Source of the DNA: Candidatus Sericytochromatia bacterium
Lineage (GTDB): Bacteria > Cyanobacteriota > Sericytochromatia > UBA7694 > JACMQJ01
Direction of reading: 5' to 3'
Length of the DNA: 64,000 bases
Assembly: GCA_046328075.1 (NCBI GenBank)
Contig: JAXLXG010000016.1
Coordinates: forward strand, 55,196-119,195
Part shown: piece by piece, positions 40,178 through 50,682 of the stretch
Numbering within the stretch: position 1 is the first letter of the stretch
Layout of the letters: every line of letters begins with the position of its first letter
The notes under the pieces: model-generated
Told to the model about the DNA's origin: nothing
Databases searched by the model: none
The model's input: the letters and a program-made list of their open reading frames with translations, nothing else
Program-made: the position numbers and the translations under genes

Positions 40178-42595
40178 TTAATATAAGCTAGACATAAAAT
40201 CTAAAACAGTTTCATTATCTATTATTAGTTTTTTATCTTTATCAATCTTTCTATTAAAAAATGAGTTTCTTTTTAAAGAGTCTGTAAATGATTTAACACC
40301 TGCAATACTAGATTTACTATCATTAGGAAATTTATCAAAATAATCAAGCATTTTATCATAAGTATCATGTGTTATTTTATTTTCAATTTTTTCTTTACCA
40401 CTAATTTTATCTGTTTCTTTTAAAAATGTTCTGATTAAATCAAATGTATCAGAACGTGTAGGATTATCAATTCTTATTTTTTTATCAAAACGTCCTTCTC
40501 TTATAGTCGCTTCGTCTAGATATTCTTTATAATTTGTTGCTGCAACTAAAATTAAGTTTGGAATATCTCTAGATTTAATAATAAGATCTAGAATTGTTGC
40601 TCTTAAGTTTAAATTACTACTTTTTGCTGCAATTCCATCAAACTCATCAAAGAAGAGAACACAACCACCTTTGCTTAAACGTGCTATTTTAAACGCAGAA
40701 TCAAATATATCTGATAGTTTTTTAGAATCTTCAGAATAAAAATGACTTGCTATATCTTTTCCTATTACTTTAATAAAATCTAAATTAAATTCCCCAGCAA
40801 TACACTGTGCTATAAAGCTTTTACCATTCCCAGGAGGTCCTTCAAGTAAAATACCTCTTTCAGAATTTATATTATAATATTTGAGTTCATCTGCTCTTAT
40901 TACTGATATAATAGAATTTCTTATTTCTTTTTTTATTGAATGATAACCAATAACAGAACTGAAATTATATCTATTTTTTTTAGTAGAAATATATTCAAAC
41001 TTATCTTTATTAGTAGAAATAACTTTTTCTTTAAAAATTTCCAGAGCAATATCAAATATATCTTTACCCGATGATTTTTTATCTAATTCATAAAGTCTTG
41101 TTTTAATAGTATTTGAAATATCTTTAATATCTCTACCAGATAAACCTTCTGTTTTATCTAAAAATATGTATTTATTAATTCTAGTCCAATTATTTTGTTT
41201 TAGATAAGGAATATATAACTCAAATAATTTTTCTCTTTCATTTCTTTTGGGTAAAGGTATAGTTTGCATATCAAAACGACTAACAACAGCACTATCTAAA
41301 ACTTCAGGAATATTTGTCGCACCTATAATGAAAATTCGTTGGAAATTATTATCAACACCGTCTACTTGAGCTATAAACTCATTTGTAATATCTTTTGCAA
41401 AACTATCTGTTAGTGCATTATCACGTTTTGGAAAAACAGCATCCATTTCATCAATAAAAATAATGGTAGGTTCTAAAGTTCTTGCTTTTTCAAAAATCTT
41501 TTTAACCTCTGCTCCAGAATGTCCTACATATAATTGCTTTAAGTCTGATAATTTAAGAGGCATAAAGTTAAAACCTCCCATATTTGCGACTGCTTTTGCA
41601 ATCATTGTTTTACCCGTACCTGGTGAACCTGTTAAAATAATTCCTTTTTTTGCTTCAGGTTTATTTAATATAAAATTATTAAACTCTTTCTTTATTCTGT
41701 CTTTAACATATTCATCTAAAATCAAATCTTTATCAAAATCTATTTTTTCTTCAATTGGTGTATGAAAATACTTATTAAAAACAGGATAAATTTCAGAAAA
41801 AGGTGCATCTTCAGCTTTATTTAATTCTGTAGCAAAAACATGACAAGCATCTTTTAATAAATAGCTATTTGTTTTAAAAGTTGTTGCTAAACTCTCAAGC
41901 TTTTCAAATGGTATTGATAAATTTGTATTTAGATATAAGAATCTATACATAGAATCAAAATATTCATCTATTCTAGCCCCTGGGATAGTTATAAAGTTAT
42001 CTCCTTGAGTATCAAAATAATAATTATCTAATAACTCAAAACTTTTTAAGCTAATAACAACATATAAATCTTTTACCTGATTATTTATTAAACGATTTAT
42101 AAACCTTATTATTTCTAAATTATGCATATGATAATTAAATAAATCAGACATCCATTCAAAACCTTCAATATATAAAAACTTTTTACCTTCTTGTACAGAA
42201 AAAAACTTTTCTATCTGATAAAGCCTCTCTATTAAATTTGAAGATAAAGATTTTTTACCTCTTTTTTGAAATTCATTATGTCTTAGAATATCTAATTCAA
42301 AATTTCCTGAGCTTTGACTATTATCAGTTAAGATATTTTCTTCTGGATTAAAAAATTTTTCTAATGCATTATAGGTTTTTTTATTAAAACAGCTAAGATT
42401 TAAATTTATGTCAAAGTATAATGAAATATCACATTTATATTCACGCCTATAAAAATAGTATATAGAATCTTTTAGAGGTAAAGTGCCATAGTAAAAATCA
42501 TTATAAAAGACATCATTTATATTTGAACCACCTAAAAAAACAGTTTTATTTGTTTTATTTAGGGCTTTTTTTATACTTTCTGCAATTCTAAACAT
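40178..42595 (-). CDS. Tandem AAA+ ATPase (two classical AAA domains) with a roughly 300-aa N-terminal domain of unknown function
   Basis: Walker A GSPGTGKT and GPPGNGKS. Walker B IIFIDEMD and VLFFDEFD. Second-region-of-homology residues present. 805 aa. Confidence 0.8.
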   Translation of the reverse strand: MFRIAESIKKALNKTNKTVFLGGSNINDVFYNDFYYGTLPLKDSIYYFYRREYKCDISLYFDINLNLSCFNKKTYNALEKFFNPEENILTDNSQSSGNFELDILRHNEFQKRGKKSLSSNLIERLYQIEKFFSVQEGKKFLYIEGFEWMSDLFNYHMHNLEIIRFINRLINNQVKDLYVVISLKSFELLDNYYFDTQGDNFITIPGARIDEYFDSMYRFLYLNTNLSIPFEKLESLATTFKTNSYLLKDACHVFATELNKAEDAPFSEIYPVFNKYFHTPIEEKIDFDKDLILDEYVKDRIKKEFNNFILNKPEAKKGIILTGSPGTGKTMIAKAVANMGGFNFMPLKLSDLKQLYVGHSGAEVKKIFEKARTLEPTIIFIDEMDAVFPKRDNALTDSFAKDITNEFIAQVDGVDNNFQRIFIIGATNIPEVLDSAVVSRFDMQTIPLPKRNEREKLFELYIPYLKQNNWTRINKYIFLDKTEGLSGRDIKDISNTIKTRLYELDKKSSGKDIFDIALEIFKEKVISTNKDKFEYISTKKNRYNFSSVIGYHSIKKEIRNSIISVIRADELKYYNINSERGILLEGPPGNGKSFIAQCIAGEFNLDFIKVIGKDIASHFYSEDSKKLSDIFDSAFKIARLSKGGCVLFFDEFDGIAAKSSNLNLRATILDLIIKSRDIPNLILVAATNYKEYLDEATIREGRFDKKIRIDNPTRSDTFDLIRTFLKETDKISGKEKIENKITHDTYDKMLDYFDKFPNDSKSSIAGVKSFTDSLKRNSFFNRKIDKDKKLIIDNETVLDFMSSLY

Positions 42596-42597
42596 AT

Positions 42598-43308
42598 TTA
42601 ATTATGAATTTGTCTATCTGAATAATCTCTAGGTAAATTTAAATCTTGAATAATATCTCTACATTTTGTAAGTCTATCTTTAAGATCAGAATGTTTGGCT
42701 AATTCATTAATATCATTTTTGACTTTATCAAGATGCCTAGACATTTCACTTTTTTCTTGTCTTAATTCATCCAATTTTTTCTGTTTATTAATAATATCAT
42801 CTTTTAAGTTATCAATATTTGTATTTTCTAGATCTTTAATATCTTTTGATAGCTTATCATCTTTTTCTTTTAGCTCTATTACTTCTTTCTTTAATTTTGA
42901 TATTCTATTAAACTTAGCTTGGTTAATTTCAATAACACTTTGAATACTCTGAATCATGTCTAGTGACTTATCGATTTTAGAGTCAAAATCGATATTAAGC
43001 CCCTTAAATTCATCATAAAATTGATTATTAATATAATTAATAGTATCTATACTTATTTCGCTTCCTAAAGAATATTTTTTATCTTTTAATATTTCCATTA
43101 AAAATTTATCGCTTAGTGGATATAAACCTAAAAGGAATTGTGTTATTTGTTCTTGTTCATTTTCTGTACAATTATTAAATGCTAAAAAGAAATCACGTAT
43201 GTTTCTTTTATAATAAAAAAAGTTTTCAAAAAAGTTATCGATATTATTTTCCAAGATATCTGTTTGATAACCCTTTTTTAATAAGTTTATGAATTGATTT
43301 ATTTCCAT
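42598..43308 (-). CDS. Coiled-coil protein, translationally coupled to the downstream double AAA+ ATPase
   Basis: 236 aa. The C-terminal half is heptad-rich (KLKKEVIELKEKDDKLSKDIKDLEN...). Its stop lies 3 nt before the ATPase start. Confidence 0.4.
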   Translation of the reverse strand: MEINQFINLLKKGYQTDILENNIDNFFENFFYYKRNIRDFFLAFNNCTENEQEQITQFLLGLYPLSDKFLMEILKDKKYSLGSEISIDTINYINNQFYDEFKGLNIDFDSKIDKSLDMIQSIQSVIEINQAKFNRISKLKKEVIELKEKDDKLSKDIKDLENTNIDNLKDDIINKQKKLDELRQEKSEMSRHLDKVKNDINELAKHSDLKDRLTKCRDIIQDLNLPRDYSDRQIHN

Positions 43309-43463
43309 TATTATTTATTATTTTATAATTTAATTACATTCTTAAAATTACACATGAAACAAGTCTATTAAATAAATTACTTTTAACCTATTTGGAAATA
43401 TATTATAAACTTTTTATAAAGATTAAATATTTAACTTTTATTTAAAAAATATTATGTTAAAAG

Positions 43464-43895
43464 TTATTCACATTTTTTAGTTAAATCTATTGTTTGATTT
43501 TTATCAATAAAAAATATATCTGCAAATCTACAATATGTTACTAAATCAAATACTTCGATCTTATTTCTCCCACCTTTTAACTTGTATAATACAGGTGTAT
43601 TAAGTATTTCACCATCATTAACTCTAACACGTCCTAATCTTGTATTAAAAATTATATTTATGTCAAAAGTATAATCCTCAATATTAGGAATATCTGTTTT
43701 TATTGGGTCTGGTAGCTCATCGCTAAGATTCCCTGAAGGAGGGATAAATTTACTAGCTATAGCACTTGGAGAACTAGACTTAATAATATCAGAAACTTCT
43801 GGATTTTTTCTAGTTGTGTTATTTATATTCTGTCCACAACCTATTAATATTAAACTTAATAAGGTAAGGTATTTTTTTTTCACTAGCTTAAACAT
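43464..43895 (-). CDS. Small lipoprotein
   Basis: Lipobox LILIGC after a positively charged N-terminus. 143 aa. Confidence 0.45.
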   Translation of the reverse strand: MFKLVKKKYLTLLSLILIGCGQNINNTTRKNPEVSDIIKSSSPSAIASKFIPPSGNLSDELPDPIKTDIPNIEDYTFDINIIFNTRLGRVRVNDGEILNTPVLYKLKGGRNKIEVFDLVTYCRFADIFFIDKNQTIDLTKKCE

Positions 43896-44332
43896 TTTAT
43901 ATTAAATATATTTATTAAATAATAACTTAAAAGTAAAATATATAATAAATTTCTTTAAAACCTTATAATAAAATTAAAATTTATTCTTTATAGTTTAAGA
44001 GTAAAAGTATGTTTTAAAAAATTAAGTTGAAGGGAAATTATCATTTTCAATTTAAACCTAGAACTCTTGTCTTACAATAAAAAAGAAGCTTTAGTTGTTT
44101 TTTAGTCATCAATTACTTAGTTATAAACTAATATAAGCTACGAATAATGTTTAAGCTTAAGACATAGAAAAATAATAAAGATTTAGTATATTGTAATAAC
44201 TTTTTTTTACTTTAAATTACAATAAAAGTTTGTTAATTCTTTATTATATTGCTCAACTAAATTACCTAAAGATAGTATTATTGTAAGTAATTGTTATAAA
44301 AGTTGTTAATTTTACTTCGGAGGAATTTTAAA

Positions 44333-44812
44333 ATGGGATTCGCAAACGTAGCTCAATCATCAGGTGGCTATCAACGTTCAGTTGCAGAATTTAATCTCTT
44401 GAAAAAAGAGAATCAAAACCAAATGCGTGTTAATAATTCACTTGCAAATGCTCGTGCTCAAGAGCTTGATGGAAGATCACAAGAAGCAGTAGAAACAACA
44501 AGAAAATATGTTGATACTTATTTACAAATGAAAGCTGCAGATAAAGCATATGATGCAGCTAAGTGGGGCTTTATTGGTTCACTAGTTAACTTAGCTGGTA
44601 AGTTGGCATCAAATATTGCTGGTGATGGTGGTGGATGGCAAATTGCAACAGACCTTGTAGGAGATAGTTTTGCTGCATTAGGTGCTTATTTTGCAATGAG
44701 AGGTGCAGGAGATGAGCTTAAACTATTAAAACAACAATTTGGTGATATGTCTGAAGCAACTAAAGAAGATCAAAATTATGTTAGAGCATTAGATGGAAAT
44801 CCTGCTGTATAA
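44333..44812 (+). CDS. Island protein A (159 aa), Cys-free Ala/Gly-rich hypothetical
   Basis: ATG at 44333 preceded by GGAGGA. The track ORF starts earlier at a TTG. No Cys and no signal peptide. Higher GC than the flanks. Confidence 0.5.
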   Translation: MGFANVAQSSGGYQRSVAEFNLLKKENQNQMRVNNSLANARAQELDGRSQEAVETTRKYVDTYLQMKAADKAYDAAKWGFIGSLVNLAGKLASNIAGDGGGWQIATDLVGDSFAALGAYFAMRGAGDELKLLKQQFGDMSEATKEDQNYVRALDGNPAV

Positions 44813-44841
44813 TTTTTTTTCATAATTATTAGGAGAAGCAT

Positions 44842-45492
44842 ATGGGAAGTATTCAAGCATTAAGATCTTGGGCTTTATCTTCTAGAGCAAATGAAGATAC
44901 AGATGTACAGATATCAGGTTTTTTAGGTAATGTTAATAAAGCTCTAGGTAAACAAATTGTAAGTATTTTAGATCAATTACAAGGTGTAGTTGGTGAAAGA
45001 ACTAAAGCTTATAATAACCTAGTTTCAAGTATTAACAGAACAATAGATGGTAAAGGTGGTATCGCAGAAAAAGCAATTCTTGGTAGTTTTGCTGGTATGA
45101 AAACTATATTTATGATACCTAAAATTGTTATGGGAAAATTTACAGCTTCAGATCTTATTAATTTTGCAACATCTGCTATAAGTAATGGTCTTAAAAAAGC
45201 AGAAATTGATGCTTCTATTGGAGGTGCTATATATGATTATGAAAAAATGGCAAGTCAATTAGGATATGCAACATTTCGTGTAACAAGTGGATCAATAAAT
45301 TCAGATGCAAGTAGTGAGCTTGGTCCTGGTATGCTAGAACAGTCAGGATTAATTACAGGGGCATCAAGATTTTTAGATATGAGGGATGCATTAATGCCTA
45401 GATATAATTACCAACAAACAAATCTAGCATCACCTGGTTCTTATGCTTATCATAGTAAAAAAGGTTTTGTTGGAACCTTAAGAAGAAATTAA
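44842..45492 (+). CDS. Island protein B (216 aa), Cys-free hypothetical
   Basis: AGGAGA RBS. No Cys and no signal peptide. Gly/Ser/Ala/Thr-rich. Confidence 0.5.
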   Translation: MGSIQALRSWALSSRANEDTDVQISGFLGNVNKALGKQIVSILDQLQGVVGERTKAYNNLVSSINRTIDGKGGIAEKAILGSFAGMKTIFMIPKIVMGKFTASDLINFATSAISNGLKKAEIDASIGGAIYDYEKMASQLGYATFRVTSGSINSDASSELGPGMLEQSGLITGASRFLDMRDALMPRYNYQQTNLASPGSYAYHSKKGFVGTLRRN

Positions 45493-45514
45493 TTTTTAGA
45501 GGTAATTTAACTAT

Positions 45515-48500
45515 ATGAATCTATCAACTTCTGGAATGGTAGCGAATTTTAGACAAGATATTGTAGGTCGTCAACTTTCAGTATCTGCTAATTCTGGGGC
45601 AAGTATTTATTATCCTACATCATCTGCTATAAAATCAAATCATGAAACTGATAAACAGGCAGAAGAAAATGCTACATGGTTTTTTGAGTATAAAGCACTT
45701 TTGAATTCAAAATTAACAACTTTAACAACTGCTTTAACAAGTGCTTATACTGCAGATTTAGACGCAAGTATGACTAGTCAAGGAGCTCCTGATAATACAG
45801 CACCAAATAATCAATGATATTAGGTGGTAAAAAATGCTATGCAGGTGAAACCGGAGAAATGGTAGATTTATATCCCGCTCCTGCTGGAGATGGGACTAAA
45901 GGAACTCATTACTAGACCCAGGTGCTGGTAGAACTACAGTTGCATACTTCCGTTCTTTTGGATTTACATTTGCACCTACTGGTGCAACAATGACTGATGT
46001 ACTTGGTACAGGGACACTACTGTGATCCAGTAAGTTTCTAAACTTGATGCTCGGTCACAAATTCTAATATTACAAATTATACTACAGGACTTCTCTTAGG
46101 TACTTCAAGGAACGCACCTGTTTCACAAACAAGTATTCAGGGACAACAACATTCTTAAGTGGCGCGGTAGTTCTGCAGGTAATACTACTAATTCTTGATA
46201 GACTTTATGTTGATCTTGCTGATATCCGCATCAATGATGTGCCTAATAATAAAATAGTGAACCTCAATATTTACCTTCTCCTCCCTAACCCTCCAAATAC
46301 ACCTAATCCTAATTGCTAAGACAATAGAGCAGTGAGCCACTTATCAACAGTATTAGGCAGAAAAAACATTGGTAATAATTTAGAGTTAACTCTTTATAAA
46401 TTTTTCTCCTAAACCTGAGAATTATGATCAATAAGATTTGGTTTAATGGATGTATTGTTGGAACATCTTCATTGGCTTTAGTGGTCAAAGTACAAGTATA
46501 TCTTAAGATATACTTCTTGAACACTCTGGTAATCCTGTTCAGAACTCTTATATAGAGATGAAACAAGAAAAGACTGTTAGCATTTTTATCATTATAAAGT
46601 TAATTTCATATTTTTTATAATTATGAGGGAAAGTAATATATGTCAATAGGCTTTATAAAGTGCTGGTACATCAAGCAGAACTGTAGATATTTATAGTGGT
46701 GGCAGGAGAAATAGAAGTTAGACATGTTACAAAAATTATTAAATGAGATATGATAAGTCAAAACAGATCTTGATAGATTAATGATTCTGATCAGACTTTT
46801 AAAGGCACATCTGATATAACTTCAAGGCAACAGAAATTACTCAATTCAACTATAATAAGAGTCTGTTAATGGTTGGTCAGAAAATTGGTATGCTGAATAT
46901 ATCTAGAGCAGTTCTTGCTCTTAGAGCTGATCTTTTACAAAAAAAATTTTAGTCTTCTAACACAATAGAGTATTAGAAAAGTGCTGTGGATGTGGAATCC
47001 TGATAGACAATCTGTATTTGCTCCTTACTCTAATAGAACATTTAAAGATGATATTAATAATACTGATATATTAAATAATAAAATGCGTATAATAAATATT
47101 ATGATGGTTGTTAAAGAGTTAACTTCATCTGGACCTCCAAATCCTATACCACCAGGTTATACTCCGTTATGGAATACATGGCAATACAAAACTATCTTAG
47201 TAATGTTGATGGAACAGGTTTCTCTGGTAGAACTGGTTTAACTAGTTATACAACCTATGCTGCAAATAGTGTTTATCATTCATATAGTGAATATACAAGT
47301 GCAATAGCTGTTCCAACTCCCAAGTGAGCAAAGGCTGATATGCAGAGATTGGAGATGTTAAACGGAAATACTCCTGCAATATCATTTCCCTTATAGTTCA
47401 AGGTAATCTATCCAAATGAGTAATGATAATCCTGGCTCTGTGGATATGCTTCTAGTAATGTAACCAAAAGACAAGCTCAAAGAAATAAAGCACTTCAAGC
47501 AATAAATGATGCATTAGCAACACTTGGTGACATCTGCACCAACAACAGAGCCAGAGTTATCTGAATACAATGAAATAAGGATGATGCAGTTGAAGCTGGT
47601 TTACAAGTTATGGATAACTTATGGAAAGGTTCTATGGCACTGGTAGTAAATTCAAGTGGTAGTAATGATACAGATTCAGATGATTATAGAGATTTTCTTG
47701 ATGAAACTAATGTACAAAGTAATCTATAAACCTATATACAATCCCAGTTGCAGGTTAAAACATAATTCAAACATCAACAGCACTGAAATTTTTCACCTAC
47801 TACAATACCTTTGTTCTAGGTGATTATCCTAGCATTGAGTCATTAATGCGAAGCATATGCAAATCCTAATAGTATTACCATGGTAGTGGAACTTTTGACT
47901 ATCAAAATATCAAGGTTTAGATGGAACAGGTTTTAAAGTTAAAAAGTGCCTGAGTTTGGAATGAATTGAATTATATAATTTGTTACAAATGTATTCCTAC
48001 GATGTAAAATGCAATGAACAACAACAGATGGTTTAACTCACCTGCAATAAATCAGATAGTTCACGTCTCATTATTAGGTATACAATACAACTAATATCTA
48101 TAAAGGTAATTATTATGATGCTAAACCAATGGCTTCCTCATTTGGTATTTATGGATGTCATTATTATAGCATATTATTTTCAGTAATGGCAGATGCAGAT
48201 AAAATTACCCTAGGAAGTTCAGTGTAAACACGAGGCTTTGGGTTTTGCACATACACACAGGTATACAAAGTGATGAGTCTACATCTCAAATAGTTATTCC
48301 ATTAACACCTCCACCGCTAGTATTGATATCGATTTTTTTTTTTTTTTAAATTTTCAGCAATTGGTGGGCATATACTATGGTCAGGCATCTGCTATTTCCA
48401 TTCTCTTCTCTGAGGTTAGTTATAGTTGAAGTTCTTGGGAAGTGTAAGATTACCAACTATAGGTTTAAGTGCTTCTGTTGCTGTGGTATTGGTGAATTAT

Positions 48501-50656
48501 TGGTTTCCTATAGCTTGATTATTTGCATTATAAATGTAGGTTTTTCATATGATATATTAGCTCAAGCTTTTAAAAATACTTACAAAGTTAAAAGCATTTT
48601 TGTAGTTGAAACGATAATGATAAACTCTTATGCTACATCAGAAGTGGTATAGCAATGGATAGTTATGCAGCAAGAGCAGTATCACTTCATATTAGTTTTC
48701 TTGAAACAGTTAATATAACTTTGATATACCTGTTCTTGTTATACAAATTCATTCCTTTAGGAGATTTAATGGAAACATTTATGACAAATGGTTACCTTCT
48801 CTGTTTCTATTTTAACAAGTATACTTGGTTTAGGAATGTTAGATAACTAATGATGACAGACATATGTAAATGATCAAGAACTTAGAGAAAGACTATTTTA
48901 AGTATAAACATGCAGTTCAAGAGGCAGAATCTAGAGAAACAGAAACAGGTGCATTTTTGCAACAAATGCTTTCTTAGGATATTGAAATGTCAGATATGTC
49001 ATCTGAATACCTGGATAAGGAACTCAACAAAATGAAGAAATCAATAAATATGGACTTAGCAAAGGCATTTACATGGCAGGACCAAAATAATTCAAAACTC
49101 TTTAGCAACTGCTTCTGCAGTATCAAATAAAAGTAGAAAATAATTTGCTGGTTAACTGGTGCATTAAAAGCTGTATTTGATGGTCAAAAAGATAAAAAGA
49201 TTACTAAATATTATGTATGACTTAATGTATAGAGATCAGCTTGGTAAGGTGGTGCAAAAGGTGATATTGGTAATGCTGTTGGACAATTAGATATAGTTAG
49301 TGGTTTCACTGGTGGAAAGTGGAACTATGGAGCAGACTAGAATCCTTCTTAAGAAAATCATCATTACTTCTGAAGCATATGATTATATAGAAAATGATCA
49401 TAAACCTTATGAGGAGATAGTGACTTTAACTATAAATCAGGGGTATTTTAAGTGGTGTTCTAGTTGGTGGTATATTCCAAGCTTCTTTGAAGCTAATACT
49501 GACTTTATATTAGAAGGTATGGCAAATACAAGAAGATTTGCAAAAGTGATTGGGATGACATATTATAACATTATGCTCTAGTAACCATCTTTATATAATA
49601 ATCAAGATGCAGAAACAGGTTTGGACACAAAATTATAAACTAGGTAGAGGATATTTACAATATAATAATAGACAAATTCTAGTATAGTTAGTCATATCCA
49701 AGATGGTATTCTTGTATAAAAAGGTTGGGATGATGCAGATTTTATTTAAATTATGATATAAATGAGGTTTATACTGCTACAAGAAAGAGTTAAGTTTGTA
49801 ATCTAACTTTTATAAGGTTGACAGTGGTAAGGAGACTTAACTGAAATCAAATAACTGGTTCAAATCAGTTACCAAATATTAATAGTGATTTAGGAGCAAC
49901 TAGACAAACCGCAACAAAGTAAAAAGAATATGTAGGTTCAGTTAAAATACTTGAAAATGTGATGGTGCTAATGCTGTAAAAATCATGAGACCTTTACTGC
50001 TGGTATATATAAGGAGATAATAAAAGTATTTTGATAGGCAGACTAGCAATTCATATAGTTTAGCTTTTAAAACTACTGCTGATGGAAATCAATATAATCT
50101 ATTTGGTTCTCAAACTTTAAACCCACAATGGAATTCTTAAAAATATCTAATAGATAAAAATAAAACAGATGAAGCTTTAATTGAACATAATAAGAAGTGA
50201 GAATGATGACTTATAAAAGCAAAATTAAGTGGAATGGGTGCTGCTACAAGAAAAGATGTTCAAATTTTGGAAATTACTGTATGAAATTGACCTAAACAGA
50301 AGTTAATACATACTATGACATTTACACGTAAGATCAGATGGACAGAAATCTCTCAATAACAGTTAAAAAGAATAAAAAGGATATGTTTTGAAACAGGTTT
50401 AATGAGTAGTATATTCTTAAGTGGTCAAACATATCATCAAAGTGGTGGTGGTATAACTTCTTCAATTGAGATAAGATATGACCCAACTCAAGGTAAATCT
50501 AGTTTACAAACAGATACTAGAGAGAACTTTAACCAAAGTAATGTTAACTTTGACCCATACAATACTCCATTCTTAACAAGAAGTAGAGGACAAGCAACAA
50601 CATATTTAAATAGTTACTTTGCTTATAAAAAACGCTCTACTAATAATAAGACCTAA
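45515..50656 (+). pseudogene. Decayed tandem paralog of the 1035-aa island protein. The N-terminal 100 codons and C-terminal 84 codons are intact; the roughly 4.6-kb middle is disrupted
   Basis: The 45515-45817 product (MNLSTSGMVANFRQDIVGRQLS...YKALLNSKLTTLTTALTSAYTA) aligns with the N-terminus of the 50683 protein (MTFSNVNVFRNTVVGLRASE...YQALMQNRLNRLKQDLTNAYKA). The 50402-50656 product (GGGITSSIEIRYDPTQGKSS) aligns with its C-terminus (GGSVNATMDIQYDPTSNKFI). Between them lies coding-like + strand sequence with in-frame TAG/TGA/TAA codons and frame changes. The longest ORF there is 93 aa. Confidence 0.5.
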
Positions 50657-50682
50657 TTAAATTTTAAGAGGTAAGATAATAA

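Noticed and set aside
48377-48846. Cys-rich 91-aa and 63-aa ORFs within the decayed region as real small proteins
   Set aside because: They lie inside obviously degenerated coding sequence of another gene and lack an RBS. Their composition is inconsistent with the neighbours.
45818-50401. Possibility that the stop-riddled interior of the decayed paralog is an intact gene read with a recoded stop codon, as in phages that recode TAG or TGA
   Set aside because: In-frame TAG, TGA and TAA all occur within a few hundred bases, and the coding-like signal jumps between frames. Flanking island genes read cleanly in the standard code. No single recoding rescues an ORF.
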